In this document: piece after piece, positions 29,001-36,964 of the stretch
How the letters are laid out: each line of letters begins with the position of its first letter
How positions within the stretch are numbered: position 1 is the stretch's first letter
IMG/VR virus record: IMGVR_UViG_3300010153_006010
Span: 1-56,029 of that record
From: a virus
Lineage: Duplodnaviria; Caudoviricetes
DNA: 56,029 nucleotides
Reading direction: 5' to 3' (one strand)
Notes under the pieces: generated by a model
Databases searched by the model: none
Seen by the model: the letters and a program-made list of their open reading frames with translations, nothing else
What the model was told of the DNA's origin: nothing
Translations under genes and position numbers: made by a program

Positions 29001-31970
29001 TGCTATGTCTTGTAGTAAGTCACTGTAATAATCTAGCATAGGCAAATTTTCTAAAAGGCGGGCTAATTGAAGTTCTATATTTGTTAGATCTCTAAGGAAT
29101 CCGCAGAGACTATTAATCTTAGCTATCTTACTATTGACTATTTCATTATATTGGGCTTCTATCTCGGGTGCGGATAGGTTCAAAGTTAAAGGATTTACAA
29201 AACCGTCCTTCTTGCTACAAAAAGCTTCCAAAGGAGAATTAAAGCCAGCGTCACCTAAATCATCTAATGCTCCCTGCATCGCTGCTCCGACAGTTATAAA
29301 AAATAACTTTATATTGTCCGTAGTAAAATTAATCGAGTTATACACGCTGGGAATAATAGTATCAACGACTTTTGTAACCACTTCAGTATCGTCCAAGCCT
29401 CTTGTTCTTCTAAACCATTCCTCACTGTTTAGGTCAACTACTTCTGTTTCTATAATCTCCACTTCATCGTCGCCTGTCACGGTTTCGTTCAAATGAATTA
29501 AGAGATCATAAGAGGCGTCACCAGTTAAAAGTTGCTGGAGTTCTACGGGAGTGGACATTAGGGATACATCTTTAACAAATGCGGATATCTGAGCCAGATT
29601 AACATCTCGACTTAGTTCATTAGAAGTATCCTTAAGACCGACAAGATCAGCAATGCCAACTAAGTCAAGTTCCTCCACATATTCTAGGAGGTTAATAAAG
29701 CCATAATCCTCTTTCCGGAAAGGGTTAGCCAATTCGACTTCTGGGTCGTTGGGACCACACCCCAGCAGCGCCCTAATAAAATCTTTGGCCACGCCGGCAG
29801 CAATAGATTTAACAAAGTTCAGAAGTACAACCTCTATCATTTTTTGATATATTTGAGATTGAGTTGGCATTAGACCGACCATTTCGCACTTCTTAAACTC
29901 AATAGCCGGTAATGTATCAATAGTGGTGCGAGAGAGTGTACTGGAGGGAGGAGGCAAGCCAAGCGGGTCGAGAAATTGATCCTCTAAAAAATCCCCCAAA
30001 ACATCAAGGGAACAATATATTTGTTGATTTACGTAATTTTCTATATCTCTTGTAACCCGTCCGGGATCCTGGACATATCCTGCTCCCTGAGTGAGATACC
30101 TTTTGTTGGTCTCATCTTCCACCACTTCATCACGTAAAAGGATAATTACCTGACGAATTACTGATTGAATTCTTGTTTTGCCCATGGCAGCTTGCCAGAA
30201 CTTTAAGCCATATCCAATGACAGCCGCCTGACCACTATCGCAATCCATGTTTTGTAGTGTTGAATTAAGAGTGTACCACGCAGGGCGGTTAGAATACATA
30301 AATTCAAAATCCCTAGGATTTCCTTGGGTGATGCGCTTATATGTTTCAAATACTTTGTTCTTCTGGGCTCTTTGTTCTCTCTCTAATTCTGCCATCTTGG
30401 CTTGTTTGTTTTTTATTTTTTCCAAATCTGGCTTGGGATACATATACTCTGTCATAAAAGCTAGAGCATTTGGGTAATTCTCTGTGGCTGTTGTTTTGCC
30501 CAGTTCATATATCCTACGCATACTCTCAATTAGAGAAAAGGTGGTGGGAGTTAAAATTGAAAAAGCGTTCAAGACACGAGCATATTCAGTCTCTGGATCA
30601 AGGTAAGTGCGGGTGCCGGTTGCTTGATAATAAAATGATCCGTTAATTACAATATGATCAAGCTTATAATCTTCCGTAAAGAACATTTCTACTCGGTCAC
30701 TATCAAGCAACGCTATTTTATTGTAATTACAAAACAACGTCAACAAACTCATAAAACTTCGTAAATTACCTGTTTCACGAGAGAAATCGATGCCGCCGAT
30801 GAGGTCCCTTATCCCTATATCAAATACCGCATTATCATACCCCTTTAAGACATCCCTAGTAACAGCCAGATAGCGCAGACCATCCTCTACTAAGAACTGT
30901 ATTCTTCTAGAGCTTTTGTTCGCACTACTTATAAGGATTTTTGCTTTGGCCAGAGAGCTTAACTCTGATTCTTCTCTCGATGGCTCTAAGCTTTCCGCAT
31001 CGGGTAAAGAATCTACATCCCCACTGTCAATCTTGACAGCATATATCCACCTTGAGCCAGGTCGGCTCTCAAGTCGATTATATAATGGGTAGCGGCCCGG
31101 TGGCATATATTTCTCAACAAGCTTACCATAATTTTCCTGAGAGTATTTTCCCGAGGCTAACAGTATTTGTTCTAAAGCTGTTTGGACTATGCCGGTATAT
31201 AAACTCTTTCCAGATTCGGGGAGTTCAAGCCATCGTGGTTCGCCCGATCCGGATATGGATTCCATACGCATCGTGTTAAACTCATAATCTCCCATATAAT
31301 CTATATCGGCTTCATCTGTCCTATTTGTATAATAATATTTTAAATCTATACTATTGTAATATACATTCTCGGACGCACCGGGAAAACAGTTTTCTCTCCA
31401 ATCATATAAATCAACGTTGGCATCTGAAATAATATAGGTACTGACCTGAGGAGTTAAAGGTATGTTATTGAGACTTACGTCAGAACTATATTGGTGCTTA
31501 GGTAAAGAAAGGGCTAGCCTTAATTTATTTTTATAAGCCTGAGAATGTGCTGGGGGTATGGCAATTAAATTAGCTACATCCTGGTTTTCCTCAAATTCGG
31601 GAAGGTAAGACACCTCTGATGTTTTAGAAGAATACTTCCCCAACTGTCCGTCGGCTTGGAGCGCAGCGGCAATTAGGCGTAGCTGGTTTATTTGTTCATC
31701 GTGACTTATTTCAACTGCCTTATCATCACTTATTGTGCCGTTTTGTGGGTAAAGAGCAAAATAAGCCTCAATGTCCTCTCGTTGGATAATAGCATTTTCG
31801 ATATTATCGCTAGGTGACACATTTAGTGCCTCTCCAATTTCAGGGTATTGGAAAAAATATAAATATTTTTCATGTATAGCATCTATAACAAACCTATTTC
31901 TGCGAGCATCGTAATCATACCCCGCAGCATAAGGGTTTACTATTTGTTTTTGGCGAGGGGTGATGGACAT
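26058..31970 (-). CDS. Giant hypothetical virion protein (1970 aa)
   Basis: Long ORF between the spike-like and gp25-like genes; helical central region; GC-rich Trp-rich C-terminus. Confidence 0.6.
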   Translation of the reverse strand: MSITPRQKQIVNPYAAGYDYDARRNRFVIDAIHEKYLYFFQYPEIGEALNVSPSDNIENAIIQREDIEAYFALYPQNGTISDDKAVEISHDEQINQLRLIAAALQADGQLGKYSSKTSEVSYLPEFEENQDVANLIAIPPAHSQAYKNKLRLALSLPKHQYSSDVSLNNIPLTPQVSTYIISDANVDLYDWRENCFPGASENVYYNSIDLKYYYTNRTDEADIDYMGDYEFNTMRMESISGSGEPRWLELPESGKSLYTGIVQTALEQILLASGKYSQENYGKLVEKYMPPGRYPLYNRLESRPGSRWIYAVKIDSGDVDSLPDAESLEPSREESELSSLAKAKILISSANKSSRRIQFLVEDGLRYLAVTRDVLKGYDNAVFDIGIRDLIGGIDFSRETGNLRSFMSLLTLFCNYNKIALLDSDRVEMFFTEDYKLDHIVINGSFYYQATGTRTYLDPETEYARVLNAFSILTPTTFSLIESMRRIYELGKTTATENYPNALAFMTEYMYPKPDLEKIKNKQAKMAELEREQRAQKNKVFETYKRITQGNPRDFEFMYSNRPAWYTLNSTLQNMDCDSGQAAVIGYGLKFWQAAMGKTRIQSVIRQVIILLRDEVVEDETNKRYLTQGAGYVQDPGRVTRDIENYVNQQIYCSLDVLGDFLEDQFLDPLGLPPPSSTLSRTTIDTLPAIEFKKCEMVGLMPTQSQIYQKMIEVVLLNFVKSIAAGVAKDFIRALLGCGPNDPEVELANPFRKEDYGFINLLEYVEELDLVGIADLVGLKDTSNELSRDVNLAQISAFVKDVSLMSTPVELQQLLTGDASYDLLIHLNETVTGDDEVEIIETEVVDLNSEEWFRRTRGLDDTEVVTKVVDTIIPSVYNSINFTTDNIKLFFITVGAAMQGALDDLGDAGFNSPLEAFCSKKDGFVNPLTLNLSAPEIEAQYNEIVNSKIAKINSLCGFLRDLTNIELQLARLLENLPMLDYYSDLLQDIADLSNAFAAWVAKKFLALFGQEQTTVQGTEYNLYNSKMGTELFYQIFWGLREVLINQLYFSGFARGTQYFITPSSFSGERIGYSVTTAGEDDWFQNPDSWNVQGNFGARKNAYTQDYVYKYIWSDSRTGTYVSPPRLDLPQYRHPEVVHVDSRDAAYYSIPNSPPPLRKDLAFYLTPINLGEIAYGSKRVTEAESGVLRSISQKTFDYLQKVETHSPYTGFTGATYLRCANASGGDIRTFYANRPYTFPMLSYYQPEAGLYHEVSSSLPPSQRGNYEAIDYRIYNGTTYSSGNFDHYIRTVPIPGDDPRSQKNILEVGGVLMPPMYTSAYIHLYQGLSIGVLPQQFGGPPGEWQLGVPIGERRKDVQVIQNYTTRIDSLINNSVINEIGTRRMPRYISSLNRPALQISDDICITPEERHRAEVALKKIQTKMGTFFLNIMPMAQAYPNWRSVGTVETITDYLHRELLEDLESKDLLGPFSTLIPDLKKVYPHDDTDPDFINNPLILSRHTAKHNLKSIVRCVYVGMLNNIATYSEYNQVNLSVFDPNGSGLGKYKSLLATMYDRFRRSPSTYLSQIQKDRQNGLGEFNGLITQLVTGRGRDSLKVTDLGLMVGTYYFPIAFQIASYMMYMDKGIRFAERYSDIAYRLVLEEAAIDDSVLSAVKGQAVTKFLSRYSGFPVVVDNHLQMHPSLIQIDSAYNITYERDQFDTVALSITYYNQEEAEKRIQNLQNLLDNRAQRVDWRQSMGLLSYADQIPFFERDESGKYSYPTYLGAIMTHALKAYVDRYTNETRELDFWGFTNKLHWIADDGRSAVRFTVDDFKNIVNNDNFTLDRLFRLAADLTATDPGHPHGRLTRVANNGNFNFNHIIDGHREIGRNQDGPPVPLSYLPRDHEEYDSQPRPAWHRFFEDYVNFHRGRTPEDWIWPELIEEGYEEFTDGLTLTPAGLWLGSWIFESGVRPDLVPHIREEKRILEILIKNDE
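26072..26079 (-). promoter_or_regulatory. Putative late promoter motif ACTAATTA
   Basis: 6 nt before the gp25-like ATG at 26065, embedded in the end of the upstream CDS. Confidence 0.45.
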
Positions 31971-31974
31971 AGAA

Positions 31975-31982
31975 TACCTAGT
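31975..31982 (-). promoter_or_regulatory. Putative late promoter variant ACTAGGTA
   Basis: 4 nt before the ATG at 31970, no SD. Confidence 0.4.
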
Positions 31983-32889
31983 TTACGTGGTTATATTTAC
32001 TACGAAAATTATATTTAGCAAAGGGATTCGCAGAACTATAATTCATTTTATGAAAGGCAAAATTTTTCTGCTGACAGGATAGATTCATAATTTGTATGGG
32101 GAGTTGGAGCAATAAAAACTGGAGTTTGGCGGCAGCGAGACCACTAGGGTCAACATTAGCAGCAATTTGAGTCGTCTGAAGCTCTAAGGCAAAGGCAGCA
32201 GAATTATGTGTGTCTTTGATGAGTTCCAACAAATTATCTAAAATGTGAGCCAAATCGTCACCCTTTACCATGGGTTGTAATCCGGCATCATCATTTCCGG
32301 CTATAATGTCAACCCCCTGTATATTATCCCCAATATTAAGACCGGAAGCTCCGCTTCGGGTATCTGAACTTGTTACTATTTTTATACCTTCTCTTCCTAT
32401 AAGTCTCACGGAATCTGCCTTAATGGCAATAGCGGAGCGCCCTTTGAGGTGACCCACATTGCCTTTGGCGAGGTGAAAATATTCTTTGGAATCAATATCA
32501 GTAGCGTGCTGCGAAATATAAATTTTCGCTGAATCAAGGTGCGGGCTCGGGTTCATCACCACTCGCTCGCCACGTTGATTTACCTCCGCAGCAGTCATTC
32601 CACCAAGGCCCGCAATAATTTGGATACAACCCACATTCATAACAGGTTTAGCGCCTTCACCGGAGGTCTCGGATCGGGGGCGATCTCGACCCATAATAAT
32701 ATATGTATTTTCCTTGCCTCGAACTATAGTCTCGGCAGGTCTGTCATTGAATGTAGGGTTAGGAGTTAAAGACTGCCTCTGGTTAATACCATCCTTCTCA
32801 ACAGCAACGACTGCCTTTGGACCGGCTTCTTTAAGCTTCTTTTTTTCGGGTCCCACCAGCATATTGGGATTGGTTTTGGGTTTTGCCAT
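31978..32889 (-). CDS. Baseplate spike-like protein (gp5 C-terminal / gpV-like beta-rich region)
   Basis: GKENTYIIMGRDRP, SAIAIKADSVRLIGREGIKIVT and QPMVKGDDL segments; located between the M23 hub gene and the wedge genes. Confidence 0.55.
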   Translation of the reverse strand: MAKPKTNPNMLVGPEKKKLKEAGPKAVVAVEKDGINQRQSLTPNPTFNDRPAETIVRGKENTYIIMGRDRPRSETSGEGAKPVMNVGCIQIIAGLGGMTAAEVNQRGERVVMNPSPHLDSAKIYISQHATDIDSKEYFHLAKGNVGHLKGRSAIAIKADSVRLIGREGIKIVTSSDTRSGASGLNIGDNIQGVDIIAGNDDAGLQPMVKGDDLAHILDNLLELIKDTHNSAAFALELQTTQIAANVDPSGLAAAKLQFLLLQLPIQIMNLSCQQKNFAFHKMNYSSANPFAKYNFRSKYNHVN

Positions 32890-32914
32890 TAATGTCTACC
32901 TCTCTCTACAAATA

Positions 32915-34213
32915 TTACCATTTTCTTCCACGCCTGGGCAAGCCTTTCTTTTGTCTCTCATTCTTTTTATTCTTTTTGGCGGCGGTGGTATCTGTGAAAA
33001 AAGCTCTTCTAAAGAAATCTGTTTCAGGGTCCTTGCTTACCTGTCTTTTGCTGCCTTTTTGCAGCATTTGATTAACCGTCTTAATGCCTGTAGGATCTAC
33101 AAGGTATTCAAAATGTAAATGAGAGCCGTCTCCTGGTCCTTTGGTTTTTACACCGCTGTTACCGCCCGTGGCTATAGTCTGAGATCTCGTGACCTGTTGT
33201 CCCACTGATACTAATATCCCTGTTTTGCTGTTTGTCCCCAAATGAGCAAACAAGGTATAAAATACCACCGGGTCAGCGTCTGCCTGTATAGAATATTGAG
33301 TGTGCTTAATAACTACAACATTTCCATATCCGGACAGGGGCCGAGCGACCACAACCTTCCCAGCCAGCGGAGCCAAGATAGCATCGTCGATAGAACACTC
33401 ATAGTCTGTCCCCAAGTGAGGTCGAGGGCGCTTATAATGTGCTAAATTGCGTATTTTTCCCCATTGAGAATTAACTTTATAGGGAGCATCAACAGGATAT
33501 CTTGGAAATACAATATCTTTCTTATTTGCGGCAGCATTTGCTTTAACATCTTCCATATTAAAATCTTTCATATTTCCAACTATCAAACATGGATCACCGA
33601 GCATGGATTTTGTGTCGGAGTCTTTACCCTGAGAGGGCAGAGGGGGTAAAGTTACATTAGTACACCTTCTTCCCGGAATATAATCGCCTATATTATTCAT
33701 GTGACCTGATTTACCCAAGATAACTGCCGTGTCTAGATAACTGGAATATTGCCCCTCGACGTCTTTCATTTGTATATCTACAATATCCCCCACCTTAAGG
33801 GGTGAGGCGGTTTCGCCGACTGGTATATTGTGTTTAGCCAACGGATGGAGGCTTATTTTTTCGTGATCTGCCGAAGATTTAGGCTCCGGGATCCAATAAT
33901 GACGGCGGTCGCTGAGAACCCTAAACCTTACAAGTTGAGATTTATTTTCTGTATCCTGTCCCTCGGCAATAATATATAGTGGCTCAAACCCTTCTTCAAT
34001 TTTGAGAATTTGACCCAGTACAATGTTCTTATCCTTTGAAGTATTAGCAGTATGATGAAGGCGGATCATATTTTTCAAAGTGCCCATAGGGGTAGAGCGT
34101 TCTAAATCCCACGCCGGGGTCGAGGTGCTCTGATTGAATGCTTCGTCTTCTAGAAATCTTTTAGCTTTTTCTCCACTAAGTAAGTCGGAGGTAACTTTGG
34201 GCGTACTCGTCAC
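32915..34213 (-). CDS. Tail/baseplate-associated M23 family peptidoglycan endopeptidase
   Basis: HLGTD (HxxxD), YTLFAHL, GNSG...HLHFE. Likely GTG start at 34213 behind AAGGAGG. Confidence 0.85.
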   Translation of the reverse strand: MTSTPKVTSDLLSGEKAKRFLEDEAFNQSTSTPAWDLERSTPMGTLKNMIRLHHTANTSKDKNIVLGQILKIEEGFEPLYIIAEGQDTENKSQLVRFRVLSDRRHYWIPEPKSSADHEKISLHPLAKHNIPVGETASPLKVGDIVDIQMKDVEGQYSSYLDTAVILGKSGHMNNIGDYIPGRRCTNVTLPPLPSQGKDSDTKSMLGDPCLIVGNMKDFNMEDVKANAAANKKDIVFPRYPVDAPYKVNSQWGKIRNLAHYKRPRPHLGTDYECSIDDAILAPLAGKVVVARPLSGYGNVVVIKHTQYSIQADADPVVFYTLFAHLGTNSKTGILVSVGQQVTRSQTIATGGNSGVKTKGPGDGSHLHFEYLVDPTGIKTVNQMLQKGSKRQVSKDPETDFFRRAFFTDTTAAKKNKKNERQKKGLPRRGRKW

Positions 34214-34214
34214 T

Positions 34215-34505
34215 TTATTCCTCCTTGATGATATCAAATAATTGTTTTTTATCATCCTCCGATAACCCGGCGTGATGGCTTGCTTGGTCTTTTTTGTAGA
34301 CCAAGGTGGCAAGCTTAACTAATTGTTCGTTGCTTCTTTGTAGGGTTTCGACAAACTTAGCTGCCGTCGGTCCAGAGTCCGAGTATCGGTCTTTTGAAAC
34401 GCTCATATACTCCTTTAAGTTATCTAAGAGTATTTCTGTTTCTTGTCTGTCCTTGTTTATATTATCAAGGGCTTGTTCTATTAGAGAATTAAGATCTTTT
34501 TTCAT
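34215..34505 (-). CDS. Hypothetical helical protein (96 aa)
   Basis: Compact ORF between the sigma-like and M23 genes, preceded by the late motif. Confidence 0.6.
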   Translation of the reverse strand: MKKDLNSLIEQALDNINKDRQETEILLDNLKEYMSVSKDRYSDSGPTAAKFVETLQRSNEQLVKLATLVYKKDQASHHAGLSEDDKKQLFDIIKEE

Positions 34506-34509
34506 ATCA

Positions 34510-34517
34510 TAAATAGG
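34510..34517 (-). promoter_or_regulatory. Putative late promoter variant CCTATTTA
   Basis: 4 nt before the ATG at 34505, immediately downstream of the sigma-like gene, at the head of the structural module. Confidence 0.55.
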
Positions 34518-34520
34518 ATG

Positions 34521-35216
34521 CTAGCTAATTTCTCCCTCGTTCCATTTTTTCTTGAACGTCCTATATCTTTCACGCATCTTGTTTAAGGCACTAACAATCT
34601 GTTTTGTATTGAGACCCGTTATTTCTCTCATATACAGATAGACAGCTTTTTTGTTAAAAATCTCTATCTGGTCTATATTTTCCATAAGGGTTAAAACAGC
34701 ATCTAAAACCTTTTGTTCGTTGGCTTTTAGTTTGAGTTTTTGCCAACTATTGATCTCGGTTAAAAGGGAATTCCAAAATTCTCGCTCCTCAATCTCACTC
34801 ATCAGATCACCATTTGAGCTAGATGAAACGGCCTCTACTTCCCGGACCATTTCATCATAGTTGACTTCTCGGCGGTTTTTCTTTGTTTGTTTTTTGGCCT
34901 TATGAGTAAACCAATTTTTTGTTACCACGGAAAAGTAAGAAAATGCCTTTTTACCCTGAGAGGGGTCAAACTTTCCTAATATAGTAGTAAGCCATATCTT
35001 ACAGTCATCCTTATGATACTCAATATTTTCAAGCGATGTAAATTTATATGTATAAACTATCTTATTTACAAGCTCATCGAAGGCGGGCTGAATGTGTTCT
35101 ATATAAAGCTGAGACCTTTCAGATAACATTTCTGTTTTACAGTAATCTACTATGGCTTTTTCAGTGACCTCGGTAAAATAATAGTTATTCTTTTTCTTTT
35201 TCTTCGCTCTAGGCAT
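34521..35216 (-). CDS. Phage RNA polymerase sigma factor, gp55-like (late)
   Basis: LGKFDPSQGKKAFSYFSVVTKN resembles sigma region 2 (cf. FDP...FAYFT in gp55-type proteins); C-terminal HTH-like REITGLNTKQIVSALNKM. Likely start MPRAK at 35216. Confidence 0.7.
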   Translation of the reverse strand: MPRAKKKKKNNYYFTEVTEKAIVDYCKTEMLSERSQLYIEHIQPAFDELVNKIVYTYKFTSLENIEYHKDDCKIWLTTILGKFDPSQGKKAFSYFSVVTKNWFTHKAKKQTKKNRREVNYDEMVREVEAVSSSSNGDLMSEIEEREFWNSLLTEINSWQKLKLKANEQKVLDAVLTLMENIDQIEIFNKKAVYLYMREITGLNTKQIVSALNKMRERYRTFKKKWNEGEIS

Positions 35217-35508
35217 CGGGGTTCTCAACAGTGAGTTGTTCATTGACCTCTAAAAACTTTTGTACTTCGTCTGCCATTTCGGAGGTGTGGCTTAAGAGTT
35301 TTTCAAGGGTAGCATCCCCATAAAATGTATCCCTATTATATACCTCGGTGAGATGAGTCTCATAAGATGCCATTGAAGTTAGCATCGACCTTGTTTCGTC
35401 GTTTGTCATCTCAAGGTAGTTTAGGAGGTTTCTGGTATACCAAACAAATATAAAGTTAATTACAAGGGAGGAAATCAGTCCGGCGGATAATATCAATTCT
35501 AAAATCAT
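35209..35508 (-). CDS. Small membrane-anchored hypothetical protein
   Basis: N-terminal hydrophobic helix ILSAGLISSLVINFIFVWY followed by a coiled region. Confidence 0.6.
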   Translation of the reverse strand: MILELILSAGLISSLVINFIFVWYTRNLLNYLEMTNDETRSMLTSMASYETHLTEVYNRDTFYGDATLEKLLSHTSEMADEVQKFLEVNEQLTVENPDA

Positions 35509-35768
35509 TTTTTCTTGTAAACCCTTTGCTGTTGCTTCTCTTTAAAAGTTTTAATTTCTTCTCGGCCTTCGCTAATAGCCTTTTCCACCTCATTTCCTGG
35601 TGGCTCTTTGATATTATAACATTTTTTGGCTAATTGTAAAACATTAGACAAGTTTTTCTTGATATTTACTGACATGCATTTTATGCATTTAATATCTTTA
35701 GCCCCGTAAGAGTGGCGAATATCCATATACTCTTTACAATCTAGACAATTGTAAGCATATAAGGGCAT
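35505..35768 (-). CDS. FmdB-family zinc-ribbon protein
   Basis: MPLYAYNCLDC...CIKCMS pattern (MPxYxYxCxxC..CxxC). Confidence 0.8.
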   Translation of the reverse strand: MPLYAYNCLDCKEYMDIRHSYGAKDIKCIKCMSVNIKKNLSNVLQLAKKCYNIKEPPGNEVEKAISEGREEIKTFKEKQQQRVYKKK

Positions 35769-35932
35769 TATTCAGTGTCAAACTTAAAAGAAGGGGGGTT
35801 AAGTACGACAATCTCGTCGCCCTGTACCTCAAGGTCCCACTCTGATAAAAGTTCTGTTATGTCTGCCTGTTCTGACAGGCATTTTTGCAAAGTGAGCAAC
35901 AAAGCGCCCACTGCTTGATTTGAAAATTTCAT
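35768..35932 (-). CDS. Small hypothetical protein, 54 aa (absent from the ORF track)
   Basis: MKFSNQAVGALLLTLQKCLSEQADITELLSEWDLEVQGDEIVVLNPPSFKFDTE; SD AAGGAG; TAATG coupling to the next gene; fills the gap exactly. Confidence 0.75.
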   Translation of the reverse strand: MKFSNQAVGALLLTLQKCLSEQADITELLSEWDLEVQGDEIVVLNPPSFKFDTE

Positions 35933-35933
35933 T

Positions 35934-36266
35934 TTATTCTCCTTTGTTTTCCTCTAGAAAAAAGAACTCTCTAGAATTAATAGCTTTGTCACAGATAAAG
36001 AGGTCATAATATGGCTTACCTAAAGATATTCCGTGGTTTAAAACTCCCCATTTTTTTAATTGTTGTTTCGTTAATTCTTCCCAGTCCAGCCCAGTCTTAG
36101 AGCCCCTAGCTGTCCAATATATTATAGTATGACCACTCTCATATAAGGAGTTCATTTTAGAGATATTTTCTAAAATAGGTACAGACCTAGAATAATCTGG
36201 GGAAGTGGAAGGGCCAACACTAGCTTGAGTACATATTGTCTCATCTATATCAACATAAATAATCAT
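35934..36266 (-). CDS. Capless HAD-superfamily phosphatase (capsule-biosynthesis type)
   Basis: VDIDET (DxD), WTARG, GKPYYDLFICDKA. Confidence 0.8.
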   Translation of the reverse strand: MIIYVDIDETICTQASVGPSTSPDYSRSVPILENISKMNSLYESGHTIIYWTARGSKTGLDWEELTKQQLKKWGVLNHGISLGKPYYDLFICDKAINSREFFFLEENKGE

Positions 36267-36964
36267 TTGCCCGCTGTATTTACAAAGTGCTGAGGGAGGG
36301 GCTTAACAAACATTGTTCGTGTCATGCGTTTTGCAAAACAAGCCATAAGAGCATCATTAGGAATAGTAGATTGGTAAGATCCCGCTTCCATCTGAAACCC
36401 TAAACTTGTTGGGGAAGAAAATCTCAAATATGTATGCTCTGGAGAGTATTCCTCCCAAGCCCTAGAGAGCCTCGTCTTTGTGGCACAATATAATATTTCA
36501 AAACCATTAGAGTTATAAAAATCTCTGAATAAAGCTGGACTTAAAGAATAAAACCCTCTGCCATAAAACCCTGATATATTGGATGTGTGTAGTATCTTCC
36601 CCTTGTCCGATAAAAGATCTAGTATATTTTTCCAAACTGTAGAAATATCAAAACAACAATAAAGGGTGCCCGAATCTATTATCCAATCATAAGAGTTTTT
36701 CAACTCGTCCGGTATTTCCTCATTTAGATTTATTTTATGTGTAGGGTTTCCAACTACATCAAAAGTATGAACCGTGTCGAAGCCGAGCGATTCACCAAAC
36801 TCTATCAGTGAAGAATACCCACCAATGTTACAAACACGATCCTTTTGAATTACTAAACCAAGATTATTTCTAACGTTATCTCCCAATATAGCACAAGAAG
36901 TGCCACCAGGATGTTGGGACCTTAGTTCCCGGATAAGGCTTAAATCTTCTTCCTCTATAGCCAT
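36263..36964 (-). CDS. SAM-dependent methyltransferase-like protein
   Basis: YDWIIDSGTLYCCFDI..KNILDLL..KG resembles class I MTase post-motifs; GFYSLSPALF. Confidence 0.5.
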   Translation of the reverse strand: MAIEEEDLSLIRELRSQHPGGTSCAILGDNVRNNLGLVIQKDRVCNIGGYSSLIEFGESLGFDTVHTFDVVGNPTHKINLNEEIPDELKNSYDWIIDSGTLYCCFDISTVWKNILDLLSDKGKILHTSNISGFYGRGFYSLSPALFRDFYNSNGFEILYCATKTRLSRAWEEYSPEHTYLRFSSPTSLGFQMEAGSYQSTIPNDALMACFAKRMTRTMFVKPLPQHFVNTAGK

